63,248 bases of DNA, filler included, from an uncultured Methanosarcinales archaeon (GCA_964405295.1; 22 parts of 22 records of this genome joined end to end with filler, not necessarily neighbours in it); one strand, 5' to 3'; positions 39,289-50,920 are shown, counted from the first letter of the whole stretch. The notes: generated by a model not told the origin, from the letters alone. Made by a program: numbers and translations.

Positions 39289-41904
39289 TTACGGACAATC
39301 ACCTTCTGGTTCTCTGGTATTATTAAGAAATGTATTCTGTGCGCCATTATCAATATATAATGTGATATCAGCATCATAAATCTTATTGTCCTTAAAGGTA
39401 TTGCGGTATGAATATACATATGCCATTAATGCGGCGCGGGTCGCGCCGGAGGGCATAGTACAAATAATATTATCGTGAACATTATTATCATGCGTATACG
39501 CATCCAGATAAATTCCCCTGATTGAAGCTCCATCCCCCGCATTCATAACGGTATTGTACCGGATTTCTTCATCCACGCATCCTGCCCCCGCACCATAAAT
39601 TCCACCACCATCACTGACTGACTGCATGAAATAATCAATAACGTTGTATTCTATTATATCCACCCTAAATACTACTTGAATACCGGAATATCCAGTATTC
39701 GTTGTCTTATTATAACTCACAGATTCAAGATCAGCACTTAAGACATAAATACCATTGCCGCGACTTCTGATTCTACCCGTTATGCATATATCTGTGATTT
39801 CATTATCATCAACTTCACCCCCAGCGTAACGCCCTACCGTAATACCACTTCCCATAATACAATCAGAGACAACATTCCCACTGATATTAATATTAACATT
39901 CCCCGGGAGTGCATACGTACCGTCCCACATACACATACTACCAGTGCGACTATCCCCCAACGCCTGAATCGCGGCTCCCCACCACGCTTGTTTGGGCGAG
40001 GCTTTTCGGCACGTATTGTTTGTGATGTCTATATTATCAGACATATAACTAAATATATTTGCTTCGTTTGTGTTTCCGATAGTCAGATTATCAAACGTAA
40101 TATTATCCGTTTCTTGAATCCAGATACCGTAACAATCTGCAATATACTCTACCGACTGTCCGGTCGTAGAGGGCAACTGCATATATAGATAATCATCTTT
40201 CCACCCCCACTCATAATCATCATCAATTTCGTTGATACACCCTTCGATATGTTTAAAAATTCCACCACCATAGTCACCAGGAACATTATTAAACGCATTA
40301 TATGATATCACTCCGGCGGCAGTGGATGATGTTATAATTTTTGATTCTACTAACCAATTGCATGTATGATATACAAATATTGCGCCTGTAAACCAATCGG
40401 CAGCCGCTCGCGCAAGGTCTGTCGCATCGTTAAAAGATGTTAGGCCGGGATAGACCACACTCGTTATTGCCGTTTGTACCGGATCGGTTTCTACCCCATC
40501 AACATATATTCGTGTCGGACCGTAAAACCAGTCACAATCCAGCCAATCTGTTCCATCCCATTCAACTGCGTTGGGTCCACTGAGATCAGTATCTATCCAT
40601 TTTTCCCCGACAGACGGAGAACCCGGAGTGGTCCCAAATACATAATCCACATCAGACGGCATATAAACCCTGTAAAGATCTCCGCTGACTAATACCCAAT
40701 CGGAATTATCAATGGTTCTTAATCCACTGATAGCGCCAGATTGAACCGGATGATTACTGGAATAAATAATGGGGTGACTAATATCATCTCCGCTCTGCGT
40801 GGGTTGCATATCCCCATTAACCGAACCGCAAAAATAAACAATATCCAGCCCTTTTAAATTGGATTGTGTTAGGCTCCCGAAGGGATAAATCGCATCGGTA
40901 TAAGAATGTCCATCACTGGTGCCATCACCATTTGCCGCCACAAAATAATCTTTTCCACCGACTCCTGAATTTTGTCGGATTGATGTTGATGTAATTCCGC
41001 CAAATGTCCCCCCATTAATAACACCGCCTGCCGAACTTGTTTTGTAGCCAAATTCAGACAGCACTGGCGCTGTAGCCGTTGCAAAGTCAGCAGAATACAT
41101 GGCGTATTCAGTTGCGATTTGCGTAGCTGATTTTGCAGATTCGGTAAACTGAAATTCGTCTAAATACATGCGCGGGCATAGGCCTGAGTCTGCACCAAAT
41201 GTTGTATTTGTTGACCAATTTGTCCCAGTATACGTTTCTGTGTCGCCGTCTTGCGATCCATTCACATATACTTTTGCGGTCCCTGCAGTTGCATCAAACA
41301 CAAACGAAAGATGTTCCCATGACACCGCAGATGCAGTTGAGCCTGTGAAAGTTGTCCAGCCATCTATTGTAAGAAATCCAAACTCACCAGCCGTTGGGCC
41401 ATTCCAACACATCCGAACAAAAGGAGAATACACAATTTGTGCATAATCATTGCTCGCTGTGCTCTTAATCCACATATTTGCAGTATAATCCTGTTCCGTG
41501 GATGTCATTGTGGACGTAATGAAATTTCTATAATTAAAATACTGGCAAGTCCCGATATATCCGGCAGCGGTTTTTATCGGACTATCAGATGCTTTTTTTG
41601 TCCCTGTGTACCCATTGGCAGTTGAATCACCTATTGTAGTCGTGGTCAATTCTTCCATATGATAGACACATAAATCATTAGCCCAAACCGCCTCACTCCC
41701 ATATGTGCTATCTGCTGCTGGTTGTGATCCTGTACCACCTGCACTCATGCCCCACCAAAGATAAAAATCAACATCAGTAGTCGTCGAACCCGTAATCGGC
41801 ACCCATATTTCACAGTCACCATTTGCCACAATCGCCGCAGGAGTATACCATACCGGATCACACGCCATTTGCGTTTCCCCACCTGCATCAGAAGAAACCC
41901 GCAC
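39289..41904 (-). CDS. Large extracellular/virion protein: DUF2341-like + LamG + right-handed beta-helix (5' truncated)
   Basis: EIWVP...DFYLWWG...VWANDLCVYHMEE (DUF2341-like), WEHLSFVFD...VYVNG...LDEF (LamG), and DGGGIY/GIYLD beta-helix repeats. Confidence 0.7.
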   Translation of the reverse strand: MRVSSDAGGETQMACDPVWYTPAAIVANGDCEIWVPITGSTTTDVDFYLWWGMSAGGTGSQPAADSTYGSEAVWANDLCVYHMEELTTTTIGDSTANGYTGTKKASDSPIKTAAGYIGTCQYFNYRNFITSTMTSTEQDYTANMWIKSTASNDYAQIVYSPFVRMCWNGPTAGEFGFLTIDGWTTFTGSTASAVSWEHLSFVFDATAGTAKVYVNGSQDGDTETYTGTNWSTNTTFGADSGLCPRMYLDEFQFTESAKSATQIATEYAMYSADFATATAPVLSEFGYKTSSAGGVINGGTFGGITSTSIRQNSGVGGKDYFVAANGDGTSDGHSYTDAIYPFGSLTQSNLKGLDIVYFCGSVNGDMQPTQSGDDISHPIIYSSNHPVQSGAISGLRTIDNSDWVLVSGDLYRVYMPSDVDYVFGTTPGSPSVGEKWIDTDLSGPNAVEWDGTDWLDCDWFYGPTRIYVDGVETDPVQTAITSVVYPGLTSFNDATDLARAAADWFTGAIFVYHTCNWLVESKIITSSTAAGVISYNAFNNVPGDYGGGIFKHIEGCINEIDDDYEWGWKDDYLYMQLPSTTGQSVEYIADCYGIWIQETDNITFDNLTIGNTNEANIFSYMSDNIDITNNTCRKASPKQAWWGAAIQALGDSRTGSMCMWDGTYALPGNVNINISGNVVSDCIMGSGITVGRYAGGEVDDNEITDICITGRIRSRGNGIYVLSADLESVSYNKTTNTGYSGIQVVFRVDIIEYNVIDYFMQSVSDGGGIYGAGAGCVDEEIRYNTVMNAGDGASIRGIYLDAYTHDNNVHDNIICTMPSGATRAALMAYVYSYRNTFKDNKIYDADITLYIDNGAQNTFLNNTREPEGDCP

Positions 41905-42004
41905 NNNNNNNNNNNNNNNNNNNNNNNNNNNNNNNNNNNNNNNNNNNNTTAATTAATTAANNNNNNNNNNNNNNNNNNNNNNNNNNNNNNNNNNNNNNNN
42001 NNNN

Positions 42005-42799
42005 AATCTCAAAGAATCCGTAATTTTCCTTTTTGAGATTGACCAAGACCGTTCCCAGAGCCATATTTGCCAGAAGAACCGAAAGGCCAAGGATAATGGA
42101 AAGCCCGGTAGTAAAAAAAATCAAACCCAGAGTAATAATCAGAAGGTCGGCTCTGGTCTTAACAAAACGACCTAACCAACTAAGAAGAATCCCGAAACAT
42201 CCCCCAAGGAAGAAAGCGCCGATAATCTGGACAAGAGCGTGAAAGATTACCTTAAGAATATTGACATCAAGATGTAAGGATAAAGCCCTGGCTATAGCCA
42301 GAGAGATAGAAAAAATGATTAAACACCAGGCATCATCGATTGCGACAATCCCCAGGAGGGTGTTAGTAAAGGTTCCTCTTGCTTTATATTCGCGGATAAC
42401 CATTACGGTAGCCGCAGGAGCAGTAGCAGTGCCAATGGAGCCAAAGAGAAGAGCAAGATAAAAATTTTGTTTCAAAATGAAAAATAAGGCAAGGGTAATC
42501 AAAAACCAGGCACCGGTTGCCTCTAAAATGGAAATCGTAAGGACCGACTTACCAATCTTTCTGAAATGCTCTTTAGAAAAGTTCTGACCTAAACCAAAGG
42601 CGATGATGGAAAGAACGATATTGGAGATAAGTCCTGAAGAATTGATAACTCCGGGAGAGACCAGATTAAGGAGAGGAGGACCAATAATGATGCCCAGGAG
42701 AAGATAGGCGGTGACCGCGGGAAATTTGAATCGGTGTAATATCTTGGCCGCAAAAAGTCCGGTAAAAAGAATGATCCCCAGGGAAAAGATTGTATCCAT
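42005..42799 (-). CDS. Cation:proton antiporter (CPA2/Kef-like, 3' truncated)
   Basis: Multiple TM helices, with PAVTAYLLLGIIIGP, ATAPAAT and GIVAIDD. Confidence 0.85.
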
Positions 42800-42800
42800 T

Positions 42801-43283
42801 TTATTTAAAGTCCGAGCAAAGTCCTTTCTCTTTGAAAACTGATAAGATAATATCAAATAAACTGATGATTCCGAGTAAATTATTCTTTTTATCAACAACC
42901 ATCAATCTTTGAGTTTTGTGTAATTTCATCAGACGCCTCGCCTCCTGAACCGTTGCCTCTTTGCTGACAGTTAAAAATTTTCTTTCCATAATATCATCAA
43001 CGATACAAAGCATTGCTATCTCTGAGCTAACCTCCAACGCAAAAATATTTCTTTCCTCCTCCTGGAGGAAGGGGACACTTTTCAATAATTCGTGGATATG
43101 CGGCGGATGGGGCTGGAAAACCCTTAAAAGATGCTCCAATTCCACAATCCCCACTATCTTTTCATCCTCGATTACGGGGATGGTATGGAAAGTGTATTTA
43201 TAGAAAATGCCGATTAATTCTTTTAAGGTTGTTTCCCTCCTCGCCATAACCACATCCTTTTTCATCACATCTTTAACTAACAT
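42801..43283 (-). CDS. Tandem CBS domain protein
   Basis: VKDVMKKDV...IPVI...VGIV and VDDIMER...LMVVD...LLGIISLFDI. Confidence 0.9.
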   Translation of the reverse strand: MLVKDVMKKDVVMARRETTLKELIGIFYKYTFHTIPVIEDEKIVGIVELEHLLRVFQPHPPHIHELLKSVPFLQEEERNIFALEVSSEIAMLCIVDDIMERKFLTVSKEATVQEARRLMKLHKTQRLMVVDKKNNLLGIISLFDIILSVFKEKGLCSDFK

Positions 43284-44629
43284 ATTTTCTCCACCTCCTT
43301 TAATCTTCTCAACACCTTTTTCTTTCCCAGAATCTCCATCATCTCAAAAAGTCCGGGACCAATTGTTCTGCCGGTGATTGCTACTCTTAAAGGGTGAAAA
43401 ACGTCTTTAGTTTTCAAACCATTATTTTTAGTCCAATCACGAATTATTTTTTCCAGGGAAACGACCGAAAAATCCGAAAGAGTTTCAAGTTCCTGTTTTA
43501 GCGAAACCAGGATTTCCTTAACCTTTGGTTTTTCTAAAACAAGCAATGCCTGAGGGCTAAATTTTATCTCTTCACCCAGGAAATATTCAATCAAATCAGG
43601 AACCTCGGAAAGTTTCTTGATGCGTTCTTTTTCCAGGGCAATAACCTTGATGAGGTAATCTTTATTTCCTTCCCGTTGTTTTTCTTCTAAATAAGGCAAA
43701 ATAAGTTCCACTAATTCTTCCGGTTCTTTCTTTCTAATGTAAAGACCGTTCATCCAGGTTAATTTATTTGTATCAAAGATAGCGGCTCCTTCTTTGCACC
43801 TTTCCAGCGAGAATTTTTGAATTAATTCCTCTTTGGTGAAAATTTCCTGACTTTCCTCTGTCCCCCAGCCCAAAAGCGCAAGATAGTTAAACAATGCCTC
43901 CGGGAGAACCCCGATTTTTCTGAATTCCATTACCGAAGTTGCCCCGTGCCTCTTACTTAAACGACCGCCATCCGGTCCCAGGGTCATTGCCATATGCGCA
44001 AATTCGGGAATTTTACTGTTGAATGCTTCAAAAAGCATAATGTGACGGGGGGTGTTGGAAAGATGGTCCTCTCCTCTGATGACTGCGGTGATTTCCATTA
44101 AAATATCGTCTACTACCACCGCAAAATTGAATGCCGGTTTGCCATCGGACTTCATAATGATAAAATCCCCCATCAATTTCGTGTCAAAACTGACCTTTCC
44201 TCTGATTAAATCATTAATCTCAATGGTCTTTTCCGGAATCTTGAATCGGAGAACTGGCTTTCTTCCCTCTTTGATATATTTTTCTTTCTGCGCATCGCTA
44301 AGGTCACGACAGCGGTTATCATAGCGCGGGCTTTCTCTTTTAGCCAGAAGTTCCTTATTTCTTTGCTCTAATTCTTCTTTACTGCAGTAGCAATAATAGG
44401 CCTTATTTTCCTTTAATAATTTCTCGGCATATTCCTGATAGAATTCCAGTCGTTCCGACTGCCGGTAGGGTCCAAAATCTCCCCCCTTCTCCGGTCCCTC
44501 ATCCCAGTTCAGACCCAGCCAGTGTAAGTCCTCGATAATTCCTGCCTCAAACTCTTTTTTTGAACGGGCAATGTCGGTATCCTCAATCCTGAGGATAAAC
44601 TTCCCCTGGTGCTTTTTTGCCAGAAGATA
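43277..44629 (-). CDS. gltX: Glutamate--tRNA ligase (5' truncated)
   Basis: The frame is open to the contig edge. Motifs FILRIEDTD, GPYRQSER, AYYCYC, VIRGEDH, LSKRHG and PLRVAITG. Confidence 0.95.
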   Translation of the reverse strand, partial: YLLAKKHQGKFILRIEDTDIARSKKEFEAGIIEDLHWLGLNWDEGPEKGGDFGPYRQSERLEFYQEYAEKLLKENKAYYCYCSKEELEQRNKELLAKRESPRYDNRCRDLSDAQKEKYIKEGRKPVLRFKIPEKTIEINDLIRGKVSFDTKLMGDFIIMKSDGKPAFNFAVVVDDILMEITAVIRGEDHLSNTPRHIMLFEAFNSKIPEFAHMAMTLGPDGGRLSKRHGATSVMEFRKIGVLPEALFNYLALLGWGTEESQEIFTKEELIQKFSLERCKEGAAIFDTNKLTWMNGLYIRKKEPEELVELILPYLEEKQREGNKDYLIKVIALEKERIKKLSEVPDLIEYFLGEEIKFSPQALLVLEKPKVKEILVSLKQELETLSDFSVVSLEKIIRDWTKNNGLKTKDVFHPLRVAITGRTIGPGLFEMMEILGKKKVLRRLKEVEKIC

Positions 44630-44730
44630 NNNNNNNNNNNNNNNNNNNNNNNNNNNNNNNNNNNNNNNNNNNNTTAATTAATTAANNNNNNNNNNNNNNN
44701 NNNNNNNNNNNNNNNNNNNNNNNNNNNNNT

Positions 44731-46149
44731 TCTTGTAAAAAAACTACAGAGGAAGAAAACGTAATTGAACCATTTCTTGATATTTATTACATTAACGATT
44801 TACATGGGGCAATTTTACCATCAGACGATCAAATTGGTATTTCAAATATAGCTAATTTTATCAATACTAAAAAAGAAGCTAATCCTGAAAATGTATTAGT
44901 ATTAGCAGGTGGAGATATGTTACAAGGTTCAGCATTATCAAATTATTATTCAGGTTTATCTACTATTAATATGATGAACTTAATGCATTTTGATGCATTT
45001 ACTCTTGGAAATCATGAATTTGATTGGGGATTAGAAACAGTTACAAACTATTTTGATGGAAATGAAGATAATGGTGAAGCTAATTTCCCATTATTAGGTG
45101 CAAATGTGTTTTTAGAAGGCACAGAAATTATTCCAGACAATATTGAACCTTATACAATAATTGAACGTGGAAACGTAAAAATCGGTATAATTGGCACAAT
45201 GGGATTTGGCCTTGAATATTCTATTGCTGCAAGTAAGATTGCAGGATATGAATTTGCTTCTCCAGTACCTATTATTGAAGAATATGCTTATCATTTAAGA
45301 ACTATTGAATTGGTTGACATAGTTATTGTTGTTAGTCATGATTCAGGGAATATAAATAATGGAGTTTCAGCCCTTACTGGCGACTATAAGGTTGATGCAA
45401 TCTTCAATGCACATTCACATAATGAATATGCATATACTGATCTTGGGATTCCGGTTATTCAATCAGGAAGCAATGGAGAATATGTTGGTCATGTAAGACT
45501 TGATTTAGACGAAGAAACAATTACCACATCTTCAGCTGAAAACTTAAGCTATTATGATAGTGCATTGTTCCAAGCTGAAAATGAGGAAGTACAAAATCTT
45601 TTAGATACATACTTATTAGAAACAGACGAGTTATTCAATACACCTATTTTGGTTTCTGGAGAAGATTTATCTAGAGATGATCTTTCCAGATGGCTTGCTA
45701 AATTAATGCGAATTACATCAGGTAGTGATATAGCTTTTCATAATCTTGGAGGTACAAGAACTGAGATAGATGATTCAGAAATGATTACCCTTGGATTATT
45801 GTATCAAGTGTGGCCTTTTGATAATATTATCAAAACTGTATATTTAACAGGTGCTCAAATAAGTAGCTATAGAATTACTAGTTCGGATGCATTTGATACT
45901 GATATTACAACTTTTGAGGATGATGTTTATTATAAAGTTGCGACGAACGACTATGTATTTGATAAGGAGTATAACCCATTCTTAGATGGGGAACATCCTG
46001 AAAATACAGGCTTACTTCTTAGAGATATTGCAGTTTCAGAATTAGAATTACAATCTATTCTAAATTCATCGTTTCTCTCTTCAAATGATATCTTATCTGT
46101 ATCTCTTTACCCAGATGAAGAAAATCCTTTCATCTCACCAACAAATTAG
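44731..46149 (+). CDS. Bifunctional metallophosphatase/5'-nucleotidase, probable lipoprotein (5' truncated)
   Basis: Motifs NDLHG, AGGDMLQG, LGNHEFDWG, AHSH, NLGGTR and WPFDN. Confidence 0.9.
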   Translation, partial: SCKKTTEEENVIEPFLDIYYINDLHGAILPSDDQIGISNIANFINTKKEANPENVLVLAGGDMLQGSALSNYYSGLSTINMMNLMHFDAFTLGNHEFDWGLETVTNYFDGNEDNGEANFPLLGANVFLEGTEIIPDNIEPYTIIERGNVKIGIIGTMGFGLEYSIAASKIAGYEFASPVPIIEEYAYHLRTIELVDIVIVVSHDSGNINNGVSALTGDYKVDAIFNAHSHNEYAYTDLGIPVIQSGSNGEYVGHVRLDLDEETITTSSAENLSYYDSALFQAENEEVQNLLDTYLLETDELFNTPILVSGEDLSRDDLSRWLAKLMRITSGSDIAFHNLGGTRTEIDDSEMITLGLLYQVWPFDNIIKTVYLTGAQISSYRITSSDAFDTDITTFEDDVYYKVATNDYVFDKEYNPFLDGEHPENTGLLLRDIAVSELELQSILNSSFLSSNDILSVSLYPDEENPFISPTN

Positions 46150-46154
46150 TTATA

Positions 46155-46200
46155 ATGGCTAATATTATCCAATATTAGCCATCTCTATGATTTTTTTTCT
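46155..46200 (+). terminator. Probable terminator
   Basis: 12-bp perfect stem ATGGCTAATATT/AATATTAGCCAT with a T run shortly after. Confidence 0.6.
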
Positions 46201-46397
46201 AGAATTTTTGACAAAATAATATGATAATAGTTCAACTTGAACTATCACTATTTTTGTTATAAAATTATGATGCATACTTGCTGTTCACATGATATAATAA
46301 TATAGAGCAATAATGGCAGCAAACAGAATGTATTTTAGACTCTTCATTAAATAAAGAATCACATTTTCTTAATTTTACATAGAAAGGACTACCTCTC

Positions 46398-47334
46398 ATG
46401 ATTAACAAAGATAATAATTTCATCGGTAAATTCACTATTGTATTATCCATAATAATATTGTTTGAAATATTAAATTTCGTAATGAGCTTCTATATCAGCT
46501 CCACTGATACAGTTGGTTTTAACGTTGTTGATATGGTCTTCATAATAAAATTTATTGGAGTAGTAACATTATTCATTTCATTATTTTGGTGGGGAAGAAG
46601 CAAGCACAATAACTTATTGAAAGAACAAGTCATTATCCATACAGTATATGTATTTGCAATTTCGATATTCTATTTCACAATCCTTTACTTATTTAAATAC
46701 TCAATCATTCTAAGTGTTATGGATATCTTAAGAAATAAAATGATTGAAGGAAACCCTGCACTTTTATTAAATTTTTCAGTTTATTCATATAATACTTTAA
46801 AATACGTTGAAGGTGTATATCAAAGTTTTACTTCTGAGTTAATTCTGATGATTGAGTTGCTATTCATAACTTGGAACTTAAGAAATCTAATGACTTTGAC
46901 AAAAAAAGAAGAAAAAAATGTACATTACGATTCATTTTTACATAAAGGCTACTTAAAATATGTGACATTGGCTTTATTAATATCATCGTTTCTGTCCATT
47001 AATCTTTTTGAATTTGTATTTGATTTTCTTGGAGCAATGATGTTTTTAATTTCATTCTTCTTATTCAGTCTACAGCTTCCACTTCATTATTTCACTGTTA
47101 AACTTAGCAACATGCAGCCTAGTGAAACAACAAAAAGTGTTTTCGTGACATTACAAAAATCATCCTTTATACTTAGCATTATAACTGCCGTAGGATTTGT
47201 GGTTTATTTGTGTCTAATTATTTATGGATTTACAGTTGGTGTTGGTAGTTATCGTTTATTTTCAGCTCTAACATCTTTAGTTCTAGTAAGTATTATTGTC
47301 TATAATACCTCGCGAACTTTACGATTAGTTGAAC
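46398..47334 (+). CDS. Multi-pass membrane protein (3' truncated)
   Basis: About eight hydrophobic segments and an AAAGGA RBS. Confidence 0.75.
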
Positions 47335-47544
47335 NNNNNNNNNNNNNNNNNNNNNNNNNNNNNNNNNNNNNNNNNNNNTTAATTAATTAANNNNNNNNNN
47401 NNNNNNNNNNNNNNNNNNNNNNNNNNNNNNNNNNATCCTAAAGTCGTTGAACATATTCAAAATGAAGAGATAGTAAACAAAGAAATAACGTAAGCGTCAA
47501 ATACTGGACGTAATACAAAAGGAGCGACAACTACTCAATTGTAG

Positions 47545-49182
47545 TTATTGCTCCTTATTCATATTAAAGTCCTTAATGATATTTTTACTGTAGGGTAAAA
47601 TATCATTAAGTTTTATCTGATTGATTTTGTGGTTCGCTAAATAATCTAGCACGAATGCTAAGTATTTATATGGATTTATCTTGTTTAGTAAACAAGTTTG
47701 AACGATTGAATAAAGAATTGCACTTGATCTTGCCCCATTTGGAGTATTACTAAATAACCAGTTCTTTCTACCAATCACAAATGGCTTAATCGCACGTTCT
47801 GCTTTATTGTTGTCAAGTTCAAGTCTTCCATCAAGTAAATAATTCATGATTGTTGGTAAATAGTTAACGGCGTAATTTATCGCCTTACCATACCCTGACT
47901 GAGGAGCGCTCGTTAACTGTTTCTCATTTAACCAATTCCTTAACTCAATCATTAATGGTTTTATGTGAACTTGTTTATACTCATACCTTTCATTGATAGA
48001 TAAATCTCTTGATTCTCTATCTAATGAATAGATACGGTTAATGTAATTCATCGCATCTGATGTATTACTATTAGCTCGTTTATCTTCAGGTAAGGACACA
48101 AATACATCATGAAATTTACGTCTTAAATGAGCCATGCAATGAACTAAAGTCACATTATCAACTTGGTTATATCCGGTATACCCATCAACGTGTAAATACC
48201 CTTTGAAGTCTTTAAGAAACTCACTAGCGTTACTTCCCTTTCTTGAAGATGTATATTCGTATAAGACTATATTATCATCATAGTTTGATGATACATATGT
48301 CCACATATATGATTTACTATTTGCTTTCTTACCACTTTCTTTTAAAACTTGAAGTGTGGTTTCGTCAGCGTGAATAATGTTCTTACTTGTAAGATCATCT
48401 CTCATTTTATTAAAGATAAGTTCAAGCTGTAAACTTGATTTAATCATCCAATTTGATAATGTTTGTCTACTTAAGTTAAGTCCTATTCTTTTATAGTCTT
48501 CACTTTGACGATATAACGGTAAGGCATTAGCCGTTTTATCAACGATAACTTGTGCTAGTAAGCTAGATGTTGCGATACTTCCCTCGATAGGTAGTTTAGA
48601 TAAAGCTGCCTTATGAAAAGAATTACATTTAGGACATTTATAAGTAATGGATTTCTCCATTACTTTAACTGCTTTTTTAATTACTTCTATTGTTTCTCTA
48701 GTCTTACTGCCAACTTCAACTAGTGATGCATCACATTCATGACATATTTTATCATCTTCATCTAAATCATATATAACTTCTCTTGATTCTAAATTCTTAA
48801 AACTTTCAGCTTTAGTAGTTTTAGCTTTACGTTTTTTGATTACTTTATCAATTGTTGGTTCAACTGCGTTTAAGTTTTGATTTTCTTCAGCTTCATTTAG
48901 GTTAAAGAGATTTCTCTCTTCTTCAGTAGGAATACTTTTTTCACTGCTGGTACCGAAAAGAGTTCTATTCATTTTACTTAATGTGAAAGTTAAAACTTCA
49001 ATTTGTTTTTCTAGTTCATGAAGTTTTAAATGCTCCATTTCAAATTGGTTCACCAACTTTTGATTTTCAATAATAAGCTTTTCAAATTTAATGTTAAGAT
49101 CTTTATTTTTAGTATTTAACCCTAAAATATAGTCGGCTAAATCAGGGTTGTCTTTAAGTAGTTTATCAATATTTTTATTCAT
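47545..49182 (-). CDS. tnpC: IS66 transposase TnpC
   Basis: LFGTSSEK, zinc finger CHEC...CPKC, LPLYRQ, HADET, HVDGY, CMAHLRRKF and DNNKAERAIKP. Confidence 0.95.
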   Translation of the reverse strand: MNKNIDKLLKDNPDLADYILGLNTKNKDLNIKFEKLIIENQKLVNQFEMEHLKLHELEKQIEVLTFTLSKMNRTLFGTSSEKSIPTEEERNLFNLNEAEENQNLNAVEPTIDKVIKKRKAKTTKAESFKNLESREVIYDLDEDDKICHECDASLVEVGSKTRETIEVIKKAVKVMEKSITYKCPKCNSFHKAALSKLPIEGSIATSSLLAQVIVDKTANALPLYRQSEDYKRIGLNLSRQTLSNWMIKSSLQLELIFNKMRDDLTSKNIIHADETTLQVLKESGKKANSKSYMWTYVSSNYDDNIVLYEYTSSRKGSNASEFLKDFKGYLHVDGYTGYNQVDNVTLVHCMAHLRRKFHDVFVSLPEDKRANSNTSDAMNYINRIYSLDRESRDLSINERYEYKQVHIKPLMIELRNWLNEKQLTSAPQSGYGKAINYAVNYLPTIMNYLLDGRLELDNNKAERAIKPFVIGRKNWLFSNTPNGARSSAILYSIVQTCLLNKINPYKYLAFVLDYLANHKINQIKLNDILPYSKNIIKDFNMNKEQ

Positions 49183-49278
49183 GAAATAGCCTCCTTTTTA
49201 TAGTGTTTTTATCTATAAATAGTGTATCATAAAAACGGCTAAATATCAAGCTATTTAGCCGTTTTATATCATATATTA

Positions 49279-49632
49279 TTAGTAAAATTCTAACTTGTTT
49301 ATATCCTTGAATTTGCGCTCTTTTAACCTGAGGCTATGCCCGTTTATTAACCACTTCAATTCATCAAATGATATATTGTATATTTCATTTGTTTTAGTTG
49401 GCCATTTGAACTTGCCTTGTTCTAGTCTTCTGTAATATAACCAAAAGCCATTATCGAAATGCAGAATCTTTATTTTGTTTTTTGCTTTATTACAGAAAAT
49501 AAATAACGATGGTTCAAATAAATCTAACTTAAACTCTGTTTCAACGATGATTGATAATCCGTCAATTGCTTTTCTTAAATCAGTATAGTTAGAACTTAAA
49601 TACACATTTGTTATCTTATCTAAGTTAATCAA
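49279..49632 (-). CDS. tnpB: IS66 TnpB
   Basis: TDLRKAIDGL...FIFCNK...KIKIL...GFWLYYRRLEQGKFKWP. Confidence 0.95.
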   Translation of the reverse strand: MINLDKITNVYLSSNYTDLRKAIDGLSIIVETEFKLDLFEPSLFIFCNKAKNKIKILHFDNGFWLYYRRLEQGKFKWPTKTNEIYNISFDELKWLINGHSLRLKERKFKDINKLEFY

Positions 49633-49951
49633 TTGCTTGTACCACTTTAATTAGTTTCATAAGTTCTAGATGATCAAAATTGAATGGGACATTGATTTTG
49701 ATCTTATTTAGCTCGATTGAGAACGGAACGATGTTGCTGGTCTCTTTGGGAATATGTTGGACAACTTTAATAAATGATGACTTTTTATTCTTTTTTCTAA
49801 CTATTCCTCGTTCAATCTTATCTCTCCAATATATGAATTGATGTACTTTCACATAATTTGATTCGCAAAATGATTTGATTGTTTGATTTGTTGTTTTATG
49901 GTCCTTTAATAGCTTTCGCCATTTCTCTTCTGGAGTTACTTCTATATTCAT
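49625..49951 (-). CDS. tnpA: IS66 TnpA
   Basis: KWRKLL...IKSFC...FIYWRDK HTH pattern, overlapping tnpB. Confidence 0.85.
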   Translation of the reverse strand: MNIEVTPEEKWRKLLKDHKTTNQTIKSFCESNYVKVHQFIYWRDKIERGIVRKKNKKSSFIKVVQHIPKETSNIVPFSIELNKIKINVPFNFDHLELMKLIKVVQAID

Positions 49952-50126
49952 TTTAAAACACCACCTTTAGTAGTATTTTATCAAAATATGGCTGGTTTTG
50001 AAATGCGTCTTCTATTTGACGCTTACNNNNNNNNNNNNNNNNNNNNNNNNNNNNNNNNNNNNNNNNNNNNTTAATTAATTAANNNNNNNNNNNNNNNNNN
50101 NNNNNNNNNNNNNNNNNNNNNNNNNN

Positions 50127-50832
50127 TAAAGTCGTTAAATGTCCACAAAGCGGAGAGGAGAGTTGCAATAAAGATAATTTGCTTAATTGAAGGAATAGTT
50201 ATGTATCTGAACTTACCAAAAGCATTTATCCCATCAATTTCAGCAGACTCATACAACTCTTTTGGGACAGATTGCATTCCCGCTAAGAAGACCAATGCCA
50301 TAAAGGGTATTCCAATCCAAATATCGACCCACATACAGGAAACGAACGACCATATAGGAGTTCCTAACCACACTGGTGGGTTTTGAGTAATACTAAGAGC
50401 TTTGAGAGTATGGTTAAGAAGACCAAACTCATGATCAAACACCCACTTCCATAGCATTGCACTAATAGGAACAGATGAAGCCCAAGGAATAATAAAGAGC
50501 ATTCGAGCAAATTTACGCCCTCTAAACTCTACGTTCAGACACAAAGCAATGATCATTCCAATTACAGTTTTAAAAAAGACACCTAATGTGGTCCAAAGCA
50601 AAGAACGTGCAGTTACTTCCCAAAACACTTTTTGCTTCATTAATCGTATAAAATTATCAAACCATACAAAATTTTGTAAGATACCTAACTTATTGGTCTT
50701 ATACAGAGACATCAACACAACGTAGATAATGGGGTATATCATAAATACTGCAATAAACAGAGCCGCAGGAGTAAGCAACGCATATGCTAAAGCGGTTTCT
50801 CCATTATGTCGTTTCGCTGAAAGTGATTTCAT
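50127..50832 (-). CDS. Carbohydrate ABC transporter permease (3' truncated)
   Basis: EAA motif LYESAEIDG...FRYITIP plus TM helices. Confidence 0.9.
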
Positions 50833-50920
50833 GTACAGCCTTCCTCATCAAAAAATCAATGTTACTACATGAACACCGCCTAGCCAAAAGGCCTAGGCGG
50901 ATGTACAAAATCACAATTTA

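Larger units (their letters stand above)
47490..50026 (-). mobile_element. Complete IS66-family insertion sequence (2537 bp)
   Basis: Inverted repeats GTAAGCGTCAAATA-nnn-GACG at 47490 and ending at 50026, with tnpA-tnpB-tnpC organisation. Confidence 0.95.
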
